Shown piece by piece: positions 24,734 to 25,701 of a stretch of DNA of 25,701 nt. The stretch is from a virus (lineage: Duplodnaviria > Caudoviricetes), in the IMG/VR virus record IMGVR_UViG_3300044491_000733, positions 1 to 25,701 of that record, one strand, 5' to 3'. The notes under the pieces were generated by a model. That model did no database searches. It had not been told where the DNA came from and was given only the letters and a program-made list of their open reading frames with translations. The position numbers were made by a program, and so were the translations under genes. How positions within the stretch are numbered: the stretch's first letter is position 1; every line of letters starts with the position of its first letter.

Positions 24734-25183
24734 ATGGGTAGAAGAATTTCAATAGGTTCACCAGGCTTAACAGTTCCTTTCGGTACAACAGCACAAAGAA
24801 CCGCAGATGCAGGAGCAGGATCAATTAGATTTAACACACAAATTAACGTGTTAGAACTATATAATGGTAATGCTTGGATACCTGTGGGAGTTCTGAACGG
24901 CAAGATGGTTACTACAACCTATACTGCTAACTCAGGAGAACAGTTGTTCGTAGATACTAATGGAGGAGGATTTACAGTTAGTCTTCCAGGAAGCCCAACA
25001 ATGGGTGACATTGTAAGATTTTATGACATTCGTAAAACGTTTGATAGTAATAACCTTACAATTGGTAGAAACGGAAAATTGATTCAAGGTGATAGTTCAG
25101 ACATGACAGTTAATACCGAAGGCGCGGCATTTGACCTGGTTTATTCAGGCGACACTTACGGGTGGCGTGTATTTACTGTATAA
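24734..25183 (+). CDS. Tail-fibre-associated protein (149 aa)
   Basis: VPFGTTAQR...GSIRFN module plus YTANSGEQLFVDTNGGGFTVSLPGSPTMGDIVRFYD...NNLTIGRNG...LVYSG..YGW, resembling the repeat unit of T4-like proximal long tail fibre proteins. Confidence 0.65.
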   Translation: MGRRISIGSPGLTVPFGTTAQRTADAGAGSIRFNTQINVLELYNGNAWIPVGVLNGKMVTTTYTANSGEQLFVDTNGGGFTVSLPGSPTMGDIVRFYDIRKTFDSNNLTIGRNGKLIQGDSSDMTVNTEGAAFDLVYSGDTYGWRVFTV

Positions 25184-25202
25184 CGATTGAGGAAAGAACG
25201 TA

Positions 25203-25701
25203 ATGGCATCGTATGCAAGTTATAAAAAAGTCACAACTGACAACATACCTACTGGAGCAATTACCTCTAGTAAGTTACAGCAAGGTGCTGGAGCGTGTAG
25301 ACGAGTAAATTGGATCTACAACGAGCGTGGCATGAGATGTCACCAGTGTGCTAGAGAAAGTGGATGTTGTGAACAAGCAAACGGTAAATGTTGCTATTGG
25401 TGTGTTCCAGATAATGTTTATAAAGTAACCTTTGAAATTTGGAGTGGTGGCGGCGGTGGCCCAGGCCACACATGTTGTAACTGTTGTTCATTCTCAGTTG
25501 GAGGATTTGGTGGCAACTACGCAATTAAAACAATCGATACTAATCCAGGCTGTCAATATAGCGTATGCGCAGGTGGCAGTTGGCCATGTGGTAAATCACA
25601 TACATGTACAGCAGGTATGGGATGTCGCTCATATGTAAATGGACATAACTTATCAAACTTTTGTACAGACGGCGGCTGTCCGGGTTGGATGTGTAACGGT
25701 G
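25203..25701 (+). CDS. Cys- and Gly-rich protein, truncated at the window end; absent from the ORF track
   Basis: GAGGA RBS at 25189-25193 and ATG at 25203, open to the window end: MASYASYKKVTTDNIPTGAITSSKLQQGAGACRRVNWIYNERGMRCHQCARESGCCEQANGKCCYWCVPDNVYKVTFEIWSGGGGGPGHTCCNCC... 20 Cys in 166 codons. Confidence 0.85.
   Translation, partial: MASYASYKKVTTDNIPTGAITSSKLQQGAGACRRVNWIYNERGMRCHQCARESGCCEQANGKCCYWCVPDNVYKVTFEIWSGGGGGPGHTCCNCCSFSVGGFGGNYAIKTIDTNPGCQYSVCAGGSWPCGKSHTCTAGMGCRSYVNGHNLSNFCTDGGCPGWMCNG

Noticed and set aside
180-25469. All minus-strand ORFs in the track (e.g. 806..1174, 10046..10474, 11123..11728, 23277..23696)
   Set aside because: They lie antisense to long, motif-bearing plus-strand genes, have low-complexity V/L/P/S/I composition typical of codon shadows, and show no evident RBS.
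25432-25638. 68-aa plus-strand ORF in the track (likewise 15695..15901 and 21899..22147)
   Set aside because: These are out-of-frame ORFs nested inside real genes. The real frame here starts at 25203 with an RBS.
1-25701. Stop-codon reassignment, introns or inteins
   Set aside because: Genes up to 4.9 kb read through in the standard code and tile the window densely. No interrupted genes or homing endonuclease motifs were seen.

Overview
A 25.7 kb piece of a large, AT-rich T4-like myovirus genome, probably aquatic or marine. All real genes are on the + strand. It opens with the head module: the end of a prohead protease-like gene, the prohead core/scaffold (gp22-like) and a compact major capsid protein (gp23-like), followed by a strong terminator. 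Next comes a ~1.1 kb accessory island (2.45-3.59 kb) holding a pyruvoyl-dependent SpeD/AdoMetDC-family gene, a glnA-type glutamine riboswitch in front of a 63-aa basic ORF, and an ORF-free, GC-rich, heavily base-paired ~215-nt RNA with its own sigma70-type promoter and terminator that I cannot assign to a known family. The rest is a late virion/fibre cluster: two pairs of paralogous giant proteins (1352/1238 aa and 1646/1618 aa) with exchanged modules and exact shared DNA patches, three paralogous ~110-aa proteins, and a truncated Cys-rich gene at the end that the ORF track missed. T4 late-promoter-like (A/C)TAAATA boxes punctuate the intergenic gaps, and one lies inside an RBS-occluding long-range helix. 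All assignments were made by eye from motifs; no database searches or folding programs were run.
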